A DNA stretch of 64,000 nucleotides from a bacterium (lineage in GTDB: Bacteria; Patescibacteriota; Patescibacteriia; Patescibacteriales; UBA12465): contig JAJZRB010000004.1 of the NCBI GenBank assembly GCA_021806615.1, forward strand, positions 7,664-71,663. Reading direction: 5' to 3'. Under the pieces are notes generated by a model that worked only from the letters and a program-made list of their open reading frames with translations, was not told where the DNA came from and searched no databases. The translations under genes were made by a program, and so were the position numbers. Shown piece after piece: positions 28,543-37,051 of the stretch (within the stretch, counting starts at the first letter, position 1; each line of letters opens with the position of its first letter).

Positions 28543-29478
28543 TTAGTTAACTAATCTTTCCAACTCGTCCTTGATCAGGGGGACTATTTGCTTGCGCATC
28601 ATCAGCTGGTCTTTGCGGGCGATGCAACCGCTGAATTCTATACCTAAAACCCGGGTCAAGAGTTCCTGGCAATCTTTATCGCCGGCAATTATGAAATTCC
28701 TTAACTTATCTAGTTCAATCGTATTTTGAAAAACATAATCCAGATTCAGATCAGCTTTCAGTTCCTCCAAGGCGGCGATTATTTCGTCTCCCCGCTGCCG
28801 GATCAGATCCTCCGCTCCAATAATTTCCAGCTGGGCTATCCCGACTCTTTTGGCTCCGAGCGTGAACCAGGCGAAATCCCCCCGGATCCTTTCTTCCAGC
28901 TTAGAGCCGGCCAGATCGGATTTGGCCAGAAAAAGTTCCCGCCAATAATCAGGCGGCACCTGGATAAACTGGGCCAGCCAGGCCGAAGCCTGCCTGTCCC
29001 GCTCAGTCGTGACGCTGCCCTTGAAATTCAAAGTATTGGAAATTATCGCGCTATATAGTAAAAGCGCGGATTCTTTGGAAATCTGGCTTCCGGCGGCTGA
29101 AAATTTTTCGGTTATCAGGGTGGCGGCGGCGCCCACTAGCTCTATCTGCGCTTTGGCTCGGGAAAATTTTCCGGCATCATGTACTTTCCGATGGTCGATG
29201 ATCTCTATGACTTTCTCCTGATTGATCCGGCTCTCTAGGCCGTTAAGGTCGCTCGCGTCGACCAGGATCACCTCCTGGTAATCTTTATCATCGGCTATTT
29301 CTTCGGGACTCGGCAACCTGAACCTGGTTAAGACATATCGCGCTTCATCATGCGGTTTTCCCAAGATCCCGGCCTGCGCCTCGCGCCCCTGGCTATTCAA
29401 AAATTCAGCATAAGCGACCGCGGACGCTACGCCGTCTAAATCAGGGTTTACATAGCAAGTGACTAATTGATTCTTCAT
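28543..29478 (-). CDS. DHH/DHHA2 phosphoesterase, family II inorganic pyrophosphatase-like with altered signature residues
   Basis: 311 aa with NPDLDG (DxD), ILVDASD, IIDHRK (DHH read as DHR), SAIISNTLNFKG, and a C-terminal MRKQIVPL typical of DHHA2. Confidence 0.65.
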   Translation of the reverse strand: MKNQLVTCYVNPDLDGVASAVAYAEFLNSQGREAQAGILGKPHDEARYVLTRFRLPSPEEIADDKDYQEVILVDASDLNGLESRINQEKVIEIIDHRKVHDAGKFSRAKAQIELVGAAATLITEKFSAAGSQISKESALLLYSAIISNTLNFKGSVTTERDRQASAWLAQFIQVPPDYWRELFLAKSDLAGSKLEERIRGDFAWFTLGAKRVGIAQLEIIGAEDLIRQRGDEIIAALEELKADLNLDYVFQNTIELDKLRNFIIAGDKDCQELLTRVLGIEFSGCIARKDQLMMRKQIVPLIKDELERLVN

Positions 29479-29577
29479 TTATTCTAATATTATCACCGCC
29501 AGCCCGGAACTTCAATCTTGCAGTCAAAACAGCGTTAACGCCAGCATGGGCCACCATGAAAAGAACAAAAATCCTCA

Positions 29578-29605
29578 TTGACAAAAAAGGCCATTTTGTT
29601 ATACT
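29578..29605 (+). promoter_or_regulatory. near-consensus sigma70 promoter for the HAL-like gene
   Basis: TTGACA (29578-29583), a 16-nt spacer, then TATACT (29600-29605). A ~65-nt leader ends in AGGAGGTG 5 nt before the ATG at 29675. Confidence 0.5.
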
Positions 29606-29674
29606 CGTAAGAAGTATTTTACTTCAATAACTTGATCATTAATAACCTGAATCTAAACTGATAGGAGGTGTAAT

Positions 29675-31279
29675 ATGAAAACCATCGCTTTAAACGGTTG
29701 CGGCTTAAGTCTGCCAAAAATATCGCAGATAATCTTTGACGGCCTCCGAGTAACAGCTGACCCAAAAGCTATAAAAAGAATGGAGTCATCGCGTCGCAAG
29801 ATAATATCCGAAACGTCCGCCGGAAAACTTATTTATGGCTTTAATATGGGTTTTGGACAAAACCACAATATCCATGTAGACACAGAACGCTTGGCTCAGC
29901 TGCAGATGAACCTGATCAGGAGCCATTCTATCTCTTTTGGCGAACCGACGCCGCGCGAAGTAGTAAAGTTAGCCATGGTTCTTCGCGCTAACGCCCTCCT
30001 CAAGGGCTATTCTGGAGTCAGGTCGGAAGTAGTATACAAACTTCTTGAATTCATAAACAATCAGAATATTTATCCCTTTGTCCCGAAGATCGGTTCGCTC
30101 GGCGCAAGCGGCGACCTCTCGCCGCTTTCCCATATCGCCCTGAACCTTATCGGCGAAGGACAGTGTTTCGCCAAGACACCGGCTGGAGACTATGCCCTCA
30201 CCGATGCCGCTTCAGCGCTTAAAAAAGAAAATATCCAGCCTCTTCAACTAGAAGCTAAGGAAGGATTGGCGCTGAATAACGGCATGCAATTCACTACAGC
30301 TTATTTGATAATGCTCCTATTAAGAGCGGAAAAGATGGTTGTCTCTTCTTTGGCGTTAGCTGCCTGTTTTTCAGAAATCATGATGGCTACGGACCGTCCT
30401 TTCCTTCCGGAAATACAGGAGGTCCGTCCCTATCCCGGACAGCAGAAAGCGGCGCACATACTGTTTGCCCTGCTCAAAGATAGCAGGATCATCAGATCGC
30501 ACCGTTCGCCCAACCGCGACAAGAATACCCAAGATCCTTACAGTTCCCGCTGTCTGCCTCAGATATTCGGGCCTGTCTTCGATGCCATAGAAAGCACCAA
30601 GGACCTGCTGAACATTGAAATCAACTCGGCTACCGATAACCCCTTGGTGTTTGACGGGGCCGTAGTTTCCGGAGGGAATTTCCATGGCATGCCTCTGGCT
30701 CTAGCGGCCGCCAACCTTTTCAACGCTTTCTGCGCCCAGCTCAAAGTCAAAGAAGCCCTGGTGCGACGGATCGTCGATAAAGATAAGAACCGTCTGGACG
30801 TCAGCTGCCTTCTAGACCCGGACTGCGACCATCAAACATCGTCCGGAATGATGATCTTAGAATATTCTTACCATGCGATTTCCAATCTCATCATGTCCTA
30901 TAACAATTCCGCCTTCCTATTCTCGGCGAGCAGCGCTTCCGCTCAAGAAGACCATGTATCGCATGCGCCCACCGTGATACTTAATCTGGAAAAATCCTTG
31001 GAGCTATTCTCCTACTCTTTAGCCCTAGAGGACGCGATGGTCTGCCAAGGCTATAATATATTGGTAAAGATGGAGAAATTCTTCAAAAGATCGGGACGGA
31101 TCTCCCACGCGGACAGATTGCTGCCCGGACCGATAGGATCATTCATAGTAGAAGCCAATAAAGGCGTCTTTACGCCTATACAAGTGGATACCTATCTGCA
31201 ACCAGCCGTAGAAAATATCAGACAGAAAATAATCAACCAGGACATAATCTATAATTTTGTCCAGGGATTGATAACGTAA
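29675..31279 (+). CDS. MIO-dependent aromatic amino acid ammonia-lyase family, histidine ammonia-lyase-like
   Basis: 534 aa with GSLGASGDLSPLSH (the Ala-Ser-Gly MIO-forming triad), YGFNMGFG, and LIRSHSISFGEP (Ser-His at the substrate-selectivity switch, as in HAL). Confidence 0.85.
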   Translation: MKTIALNGCGLSLPKISQIIFDGLRVTADPKAIKRMESSRRKIISETSAGKLIYGFNMGFGQNHNIHVDTERLAQLQMNLIRSHSISFGEPTPREVVKLAMVLRANALLKGYSGVRSEVVYKLLEFINNQNIYPFVPKIGSLGASGDLSPLSHIALNLIGEGQCFAKTPAGDYALTDAASALKKENIQPLQLEAKEGLALNNGMQFTTAYLIMLLLRAEKMVVSSLALAACFSEIMMATDRPFLPEIQEVRPYPGQQKAAHILFALLKDSRIIRSHRSPNRDKNTQDPYSSRCLPQIFGPVFDAIESTKDLLNIEINSATDNPLVFDGAVVSGGNFHGMPLALAAANLFNAFCAQLKVKEALVRRIVDKDKNRLDVSCLLDPDCDHQTSSGMMILEYSYHAISNLIMSYNNSAFLFSASSASAQEDHVSHAPTVILNLEKSLELFSYSLALEDAMVCQGYNILVKMEKFFKRSGRISHADRLLPGPIGSFIVEANKGVFTPIQVDTYLQPAVENIRQKIINQDIIYNFVQGLIT

Positions 31280-31281
31280 CT

Positions 31282-31317
31282 AAAAAGGTCAAGCGTCAGC
31301 TTGACCTTCTTTATTTA
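31282..31317. terminator. bidirectional rho-independent terminator between convergent HAL-like and ABC ATPase genes
   Basis: Perfect 10-bp stem aaggtcaagc/gcttgacctt (31285-31294 / 31299-31308) with a 4-nt loop. It is flanked by an A-run upstream and a T-rich run downstream. Confidence 0.7.
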
Positions 31318-31325
31318 TCAATCAC

Positions 31326-32045
31326 TTACAGGCTATTTTTTACGCTATTTCTTAGGGATCTAAACTCTTCCGAATCTTTGACGGCGATCTTCCTGGGATG
31401 GCTGAGCGCGATCTTCAGTTCGCTTTTTATTGTCAGCGGCCGGCCGGAAATAAGTATTATTTTATCTGACAAGAAGATAGCTTCATCAACGTCATGAGTC
31501 ACCAGCAAGACAGTCTTGCCGGATTCCTTGATGATCTTCAATATTTCTTCCTGCAATTTTTCTCTGATCTTATAATCTAACGAGACGAACGGCTCGTCCA
31601 TGATTATGAATTTCGGATCGGCTAACAGCGCCCGCGCTAAAGACAGGCGTTTTTTCATGCCGCCGGATAATTGCCGAGGATAGTAGCCGGTAAAATCGGA
31701 CAGATTAGTCAATTCCAAATATTTTCTGATCAGAGTTTCATCCTCAGATATGATTTTCATATTTCCCCATACCGTCATCCATCCAAATAAGTCATTTTCC
31801 TGATTGATGACGATACGGTCCTTCCCCGGAGCCGTAACGACATTCCCGTCGACAATGACCCGGCCGCTAATCGGCCGGAGATATCCGGCGATGATATTGA
31901 CCAAAGTCGTTTTGCCGCAACCGGACGGACCGACTAAGGATAGCAATTCCCCCTCGGAAATCTTCAAATTAAAATTATCAAGCAGCCGCCCGCCCGCTGG
32001 CTCTCCTTGGCCATAACTGAAATTAATATTATCTAAATTCAACAT
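31326..32045 (-). CDS. ABC transporter ATP-binding protein, NitT/TauT (SsuB/TauB-like) family
   Basis: 239 aa with GPSGCGKTT Walker A, LSGGMKKRLSLARAL signature and FIIMDEPF Walker B. Confidence 0.9.
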   Translation of the reverse strand: MLNLDNINFSYGQGEPAGGRLLDNFNLKISEGELLSLVGPSGCGKTTLVNIIAGYLRPISGRVIVDGNVVTAPGKDRIVINQENDLFGWMTVWGNMKIISEDETLIRKYLELTNLSDFTGYYPRQLSGGMKKRLSLARALLADPKFIIMDEPFVSLDYKIREKLQEEILKIIKESGKTVLLVTHDVDEAIFLSDKIILISGRPLTIKSELKIALSHPRKIAVKDSEEFRSLRNSVKNSL

Positions 32046-32049
32046 AGTT

Positions 32050-32802
32050 TTAATAAGATGAATCTTTGCTTTGAGGCAGCCAAGGCATTATCTTTTTTTC
32101 TAAAACTGTCAACGATCTAGCCAAGGCCAAGCCGATCGCTCCTATCAAAATCATGCCCACTATCACATTGTCTATCCTCAAGAGTAACCGATTGATCTGG
32201 ATGAAATACCCCAAGCCTGATTGGGCGCCGATCAGTTCCGCGGCGATCAGGCTCATCCAGGCCATGCCGATGCCTATTTTCAAGCCAGTAAAAATATAAG
32301 GCAAGGAAAAATAAAATAATATCTTGGTAATAAATTTATTCCGGCCGACCTCAAAAGATAAGGCGACATTCCTGTAGACGACTGGCAAGGAAACGGAGCC
32401 GAAATAGGTGTTGGTAAAGATCGGGAAAAATGCGCCTAAGAATACGATGAAATACGAAGAGCCGTTGCCGACCCCGAATAATAAGATAGCGATCGGTATC
32501 CAGGCGATCGGCGGAATAGGCCTGAGGATCTCAACGAACGGCTTCAGGAAATCGTTAAACGTCCGGCTATACCCCGATAAGATGCCAAGAGGGATCGCTA
32601 GCGAAGCGGCCAGCAGGAACCCGATAACGACTCGGGCCAAGCTCGTAGCGATATGGAGCCAAATCTCCCCTTGTTGCAGTTGATCAGCCAGAGAAAGAAA
32701 GACCCCGAGGGGCGATGGCAAGAAAGTATTCTTGTCAGGAAGCGCGACAAAAAATAATTGGATGATTATTATAACAGCGGCGAATGTTAACCACTTTTTC
32801 AT
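32050..32802 (-). CDS. ABC transporter permease, NitT/TauT (SsuC/TauC-like) family
   Basis: 250 aa with ~6 TM segments. It has LIAAELIGAQSGLGYFI, an EAA-like loop typical of this permease family. A 4-nt gap separates it from the ATPase gene. Confidence 0.8.
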   Translation of the reverse strand: MKKWLTFAAVIIIIQLFFVALPDKNTFLPSPLGVFLSLADQLQQGEIWLHIATSLARVVIGFLLAASLAIPLGILSGYSRTFNDFLKPFVEILRPIPPIAWIPIAILLFGVGNGSSYFIVFLGAFFPIFTNTYFGSVSLPVVYRNVALSFEVGRNKFITKILFYFSLPYIFTGLKIGIGMAWMSLIAAELIGAQSGLGYFIQINRLLLRIDNVIVGMILIGAIGLALARSLTVLEKKIMPWLPQSKDSSY

Positions 32803-32820
32803 AATATAGACTCTATAGTT

Positions 32821-32855
32821 TTAAAAACGGGTTGCAACTTCCTGTGTTGCAACCC
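32821..32855 (-). terminator. strong rho-independent terminator between the HisRS-like gene and the ABC permease gene
   Basis: Perfect 10-bp stem gggttgcaac/gttgcaaccc (32829-32838 / 32846-32855) with a 7-nt loop. On the minus strand it is followed by GTTTTTAAAA. It lies only ~20 nt before the permease ATG. Confidence 0.65.
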
Positions 32856-32858
32856 AGT

Positions 32859-34160
32859 TTAACATTTTAATAATACGTCGTACAATTCTTCAGGATCATT
32901 GACCAGCGATGAATCTGATTTATCTTCGTCAAGATCGATTATCTTGAGCTGGAGCGCTTCTGGCTCAGCGGACTTAATCATTATAACACGATTTGCCTGC
33001 TTTGTCTTAGCATAGCGCATTACTTTATCAAGATCTCGGCTAGCTAAATCTTCTTCAATGATATATCCGGCTGATCTGAGTTTCCTTAAGATTGGCCGAC
33101 ATCGGTCAGCTAATTCGGAGCCGGCAAAAGCAATGATCATATTCTTCGCTCTAGACGGCAAAGAAATCGTCAGGCCTTCTGCCTCTATGAGCTCCACGAA
33201 CCGTTCAATGCCAAGGCCGATCCCGGTCGCCGGCATCGGACGCCCTTGGATTCTTTCCATCATCTGATCATATCGTCCGCCATCGCCGATTTCTTTCGAC
33301 CCGTTCTTGGAAAATATCCGGTAAGTGAGCCCGGAATAAAAACCAGTACCGTGCAGATTAGAAACATTAAGATGGCAGTTCTGCAAGCCATAGCTCGCTA
33401 ACGACGCTTTAAAGCTCAAGGTTTTTCCAATCTCCGGCGTCAAAGCAGGAAACATCTTGCTCGCTTTATCCAATATTTCATAGATCCTCGGCTCGTCGCT
33501 TCGGCTATGGAACAAATCTAAGATCATAGCTATGATATTCTCCGACAAACCGGACGATCGCAGGATAGCGGCTATCGCCTCTTCATCGGCCGCGAATCGT
33601 ATATCATGCAAGATGCGCTTTATATCTTCGTCCTGGCGCGGCTCCCGATCGGCGGCACAGATAATATCACGAAAAAGATTCAGATTATTGAACTCGATCC
33701 TGTGCCCGGAAAATCCGATCTCTTCCATGACATCGGCGATGATCCTGATGATCTCGACATCAGCCACGAACCCATCAAGACCGAAGGTGCTGAGGCTGAA
33801 CATCTTGAATTCCCGACGATGGATGTTCCAAGAGCGGAAAATGCTGCCGCAGAAAGACAGTTTTATAGGCTTGGGATGATTTACCCAATTATTCGCCACC
33901 AGTCTGACGAGCGGCGCGTCCGGATCGCTCCTGAGGACCATCTTACGCCCCTTGCTATCAGATAGAGAATAACATTTTTCTTCCGGAAATTCAGCGGTAC
34001 TCTTGTAAATTTCAGCTGATTCTAGAATCGGAGTTTGCACCCGCGAAAATCCATATTTAGCGGCGGATTTGAATAATAAAGACTCCACGTATTCCATTTT
34101 AAGCAAATCGGCGGGAAGGATATCATTCATTCCTTTGATAGTTTGGACCTTGATCATCAT
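32859..34160 (-). CDS. degenerate histidyl-tRNA synthetase paralog (HisRS-like, HisZ-like degeneracy but retains a C-terminal anticodon-binding-like domain)
   Basis: 433 aa with an HisRS-type N-terminus (IKGMNDILP), LRSDPDAPLVR and GDGGRYDQM. However, motif 2 reads FRSWNIHRREFKMFSLSTFG (no RxE/GRxREF.Q) and the RGLDYYTG block reads HGTGFYSG. The Shine-Dalgarno AAGGAGGTG overlaps the hisS stop codon. Confidence 0.75.
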   Translation of the reverse strand: MMIKVQTIKGMNDILPADLLKMEYVESLLFKSAAKYGFSRVQTPILESAEIYKSTAEFPEEKCYSLSDSKGRKMVLRSDPDAPLVRLVANNWVNHPKPIKLSFCGSIFRSWNIHRREFKMFSLSTFGLDGFVADVEIIRIIADVMEEIGFSGHRIEFNNLNLFRDIICAADREPRQDEDIKRILHDIRFAADEEAIAAILRSSGLSENIIAMILDLFHSRSDEPRIYEILDKASKMFPALTPEIGKTLSFKASLASYGLQNCHLNVSNLHGTGFYSGLTYRIFSKNGSKEIGDGGRYDQMMERIQGRPMPATGIGLGIERFVELIEAEGLTISLPSRAKNMIIAFAGSELADRCRPILRKLRSAGYIIEEDLASRDLDKVMRYAKTKQANRVIMIKSAEPEALQLKIIDLDEDKSDSSLVNDPEELYDVLLKC

Positions 34161-34168
34161 CCACCTCC

Positions 34169-35500
34169 TTATACGGCTAGAGGGTGATTATTCAAGCCCA
34201 AGCGTTCTAAGACCGCTGGTACGAACTGGTCGCGCTGGACGGTAATCTGAACTCCGGCCCGCATATCCTTAAGCAAGACCTGGGACAGAGAAATTTCGTC
34301 AGGGCCGACTAATACCACCAGAGGGATATATTTCTTGTTGGCAATATCCAGCTGTTTGGCTATTTTAGACTGCTTAGAAAAAATTTCCACTGCGACTCCG
34401 GCTTGGCGCAATTCACCGGCTAACTTCAAATATTCCGAAGATAGCTTCTCGTCAAAATTAGCGATGAACACTTGGGTCGTGGTCTTGAATACAGGCGCTT
34501 TCCCGACGGATTTCATAGCCGCCAATAACCGATCAATGCCGATAGATAATCCAACAGCTGGTAAAAATTCGCCGTTAGGACGTTTGAGCAGGCGGTCATA
34601 TCGTCCGCCGGAACAAACGCTTCCGAACTCAGGATTTTCAACGAATCTAGTTTCGAAGATCAGCCCGGTGTAGTAATCCAGCCCTCTGGCAATGGTCGGA
34701 TCGATCTCAAAATCAACGAGGCTGTGGCTCTGGACTGCGAGAAGATCGGTTATGGAGGATAAGAGAGCGATTCCTGTCTGGAAAGCTCCCGCTTCTCCCA
34801 ATAACCGGGTCAACCCTTGCAGTACTTCGGCGTTAGTCCCGGTAATCTTTAAGTAATCGCCGACTTTATCGATTATTCCCGGCGAAAATCCGATTCCGGC
34901 TAATTCAGCTAAAACGCCGGCTTGGCCTATCTTATCGAACTTATCTATGGATCGCATCAAGCTGACGCTAGTCTCGCTGTCAAGCTGGCACATCTCAACT
35001 AAAGAATCGAGTATCTGCCGGCAATTAAAGCGGATGGTCGAACGCACGCCCAAGGCTTCCATGGCGCTAGCCATCAAAGTCAGGACTTCAACGTCTGCCA
35101 ACACCGACTCGTCGCCGATTATATCGGCATCCATTTGCATGAATTCGCGAAAACGACCTTTGCCTGGCTTATCAGCTCGCCAAGATAAACCGACCTGATA
35201 GCGACGATAAGGAAAAACGATATTGTTGATATACATGTTGATGAATCTGGTCAAGGGCACGGTCAAGTCATAACGCAATGAAACTCGACGGCCGCCATGA
35301 TCCTCAAAACTATAGATCATCTTTTCGTTATCTCCATATTTTCCCGTCAATAGCTCCGTCCTTTCTAGGCACGGCGTGTCTTGAGGCAAGAAGCCGAATT
35401 TTTCGTAACAACCGCGTACGACTGAAACCAGGTTATTACGGGCTAACATGCTCTCAGGCAGAAAATCCTGAAAACCGCTCAATAAATTATGTGTGCTCAT
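34169..35500 (-). CDS. hisS: histidyl-tRNA synthetase (archaeal/eukaryote-like sequence type)
   Basis: 443 aa with LRYDLTVPLTRF, RRYQVGLSWRADKPGKGRFREFMQMDADIIG (motif 2), ARGLDYYTGLIFE, CSGGRYDRLL (motif 3), and a C-terminal anticodon-binding-like VFIANFDEK...PLVVLVGPDE. The Shine-Dalgarno is AAGGAGG. Confidence 0.85.
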   Translation of the reverse strand: MSTHNLLSGFQDFLPESMLARNNLVSVVRGCYEKFGFLPQDTPCLERTELLTGKYGDNEKMIYSFEDHGGRRVSLRYDLTVPLTRFINMYINNIVFPYRRYQVGLSWRADKPGKGRFREFMQMDADIIGDESVLADVEVLTLMASAMEALGVRSTIRFNCRQILDSLVEMCQLDSETSVSLMRSIDKFDKIGQAGVLAELAGIGFSPGIIDKVGDYLKITGTNAEVLQGLTRLLGEAGAFQTGIALLSSITDLLAVQSHSLVDFEIDPTIARGLDYYTGLIFETRFVENPEFGSVCSGGRYDRLLKRPNGEFLPAVGLSIGIDRLLAAMKSVGKAPVFKTTTQVFIANFDEKLSSEYLKLAGELRQAGVAVEIFSKQSKIAKQLDIANKKYIPLVVLVGPDEISLSQVLLKDMRAGVQITVQRDQFVPAVLERLGLNNHPLAV

Positions 35501-35579
35501 TTGAGCCTCCTTCCTTTATGATTTATTAACGAACAATCTTGTTAATTTTGCTTTTTTATTAGGCCTAAATTAACATTTT

Positions 35580-35608
35580 ATTTTACAAGATAAATGCGTT
35601 TATGTCAA
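35580..35608 (-). promoter_or_regulatory. near-consensus sigma70 promoter for hisS and its paralog
   Basis: On the minus strand, TTGACA (35608-35603), a 17-nt spacer, then TAAAAT (35585-35580). This leaves a ~75-nt leader. Confidence 0.45.
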
Positions 35609-35636
35609 ATAGATATAGTGACTAGCCGCCAGGCCG

Positions 35637-37049
35637 TCAAACACGATAACCTAGGTTATGTAGATCGGCGATTATGGATCGGCTGACTTTGTTTATTCTC
35701 CGGCTTTTTTTGGGCTTGATGTGATTATATTTTCTTAACCGTTTCCTGAGGTCGGCTAAAGTGCCGGCGATCGGCTTAGTCAAAACTAATCTTTGCCCAG
35801 TGTTCATATAAAGAGCTTCTCTCGCTAATTCGCCATTACCGTCGTATTCCCGATTCAAAGCAAAACGTCCGCGATAAACCGCTTCCTTCTCTAATTTGGT
35901 GGTAAGCGGCCTGATCATCTTTCGCCCTTTGAGTATCCTCTGCTGATGCTTATAAATCTTCAGCCGGTCGCCGACTCGCCAGACTTGGGCGAAGGCTTCG
36001 CGCGGGAGGGGCGCATAATCAGGTTTTTCCAGACTAATGGGCCGGCCATCGAGATTCGCCGCCGGAATCTTTGAATAGCGGCCAATGGTCGGCATGATAT
36101 CTATCGTCCTTATCAGGTTGGAAACGACCGTATTCTTGGCCACGCCCTTTCCATATACTATGACCGGCACACGCAAGACGGCATCGTTAATCGCATTAGA
36201 GTGCCCTCGGGAATCAGCCGCCCAATTTTCGCCATGGTCGGCGAAGACGATTAGGAGGCTGTTTGTCGTGTCGACGAAATCGATAATCTTCTTGATAAAC
36301 TTATTGAAGCGGTGCTTCAAAAAATAATCTATGCCGTCAACATATAGAGCATGCAGCTCATCGTATTCGCGACGGCTCCACAATGTATCGATTATAGTCT
36401 TATAGCGCAAAAGGAGGTCCTTGTCCCGGCCGTGACGATAGCTTTCGTCCAGCATGTCGGCCTGGTTAGCGGCCGGAGTGATATGGAATTTACGTTCCAG
36501 CGCCTTGACCTTCTTCGGAAAATCAATCTTAGCGAATTTCAATTTATGGAAACCGTAAGGATAATGGATCCCGCCGAAATGGAAAAAGGAGAGCGTATCG
36601 CGATCCTTACTCCTTGATAATTCGGCGAACGCGGCTGATTCTGATTCAATAAAATACTTATCAACGCCGCGCGTAAACCCCAGGCTATCGCCTAAGATGA
36701 TCGGAAAATCGGTTTGGAAGATAGTATGGATCTTTTTTAGATGGGCCAGTTCGAAGATGGTCGGACGGCCGATCTGCCGGTTGAAGAATTCATACACGCC
36801 GTTACGGCGCGGCCAACAACCGGTAAAATAGGCGGCATGGGAGGCGGAGGTATAGGGGGCGGCGGAAATACAATTATTGAAATAGGTCCCGCGCTTGATG
36901 AGGTAATCGAGCATCGTCGTCTTGAATTTAGTGCGGCGGGATAATTTATTAGGAAGATTAGACGGATTAGCGGTTATACAGTCGTTGCGCAAAGAATCCA
37001 GAGAAATCATGATGACGTGTTGATATTGGTGATAGCTTGGTTTTTTCAT
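35637..37049 (-). CDS. sulfatase-family (alkaline phosphatase superfamily) enzyme with Thr at the nucleophile position; cytoplasmic
   Basis: 470 aa with MISLDSLRNDC, AAPYTSASHAAYFTG (T-x-x-x-H where sulfatases have C/S-x-P-x-R) and IVFADHGENW. It has no signal peptide or TM segment. Confidence 0.75.
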   Translation of the reverse strand: MKKPSYHQYQHVIMISLDSLRNDCITANPSNLPNKLSRRTKFKTTMLDYLIKRGTYFNNCISAAPYTSASHAAYFTGCWPRRNGVYEFFNRQIGRPTIFELAHLKKIHTIFQTDFPIILGDSLGFTRGVDKYFIESESAAFAELSRSKDRDTLSFFHFGGIHYPYGFHKLKFAKIDFPKKVKALERKFHITPAANQADMLDESYRHGRDKDLLLRYKTIIDTLWSRREYDELHALYVDGIDYFLKHRFNKFIKKIIDFVDTTNSLLIVFADHGENWAADSRGHSNAINDAVLRVPVIVYGKGVAKNTVVSNLIRTIDIMPTIGRYSKIPAANLDGRPISLEKPDYAPLPREAFAQVWRVGDRLKIYKHQQRILKGRKMIRPLTTKLEKEAVYRGRFALNREYDGNGELAREALYMNTGQRLVLTKPIAGTLADLRKRLRKYNHIKPKKSRRINKVSRSIIADLHNLGYRV

Positions 37050-37051
37050 AA

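Noticed and set aside
29606-29674. Structured leader or riboswitch in front of the HAL-like gene
   Set aside because: The ~65-nt AT-rich leader has no convincing stem-loops. It is most simply an ordinary 5' UTR ending in a strong SD.
35501-35636. T-box riboswitch upstream of hisS
   Set aside because: The intergenic region is only 136 nt, and the predicted promoter leaves a ~75-nt leader. That is far too short for a T-box, and I saw no specifier or antiterminator structure.
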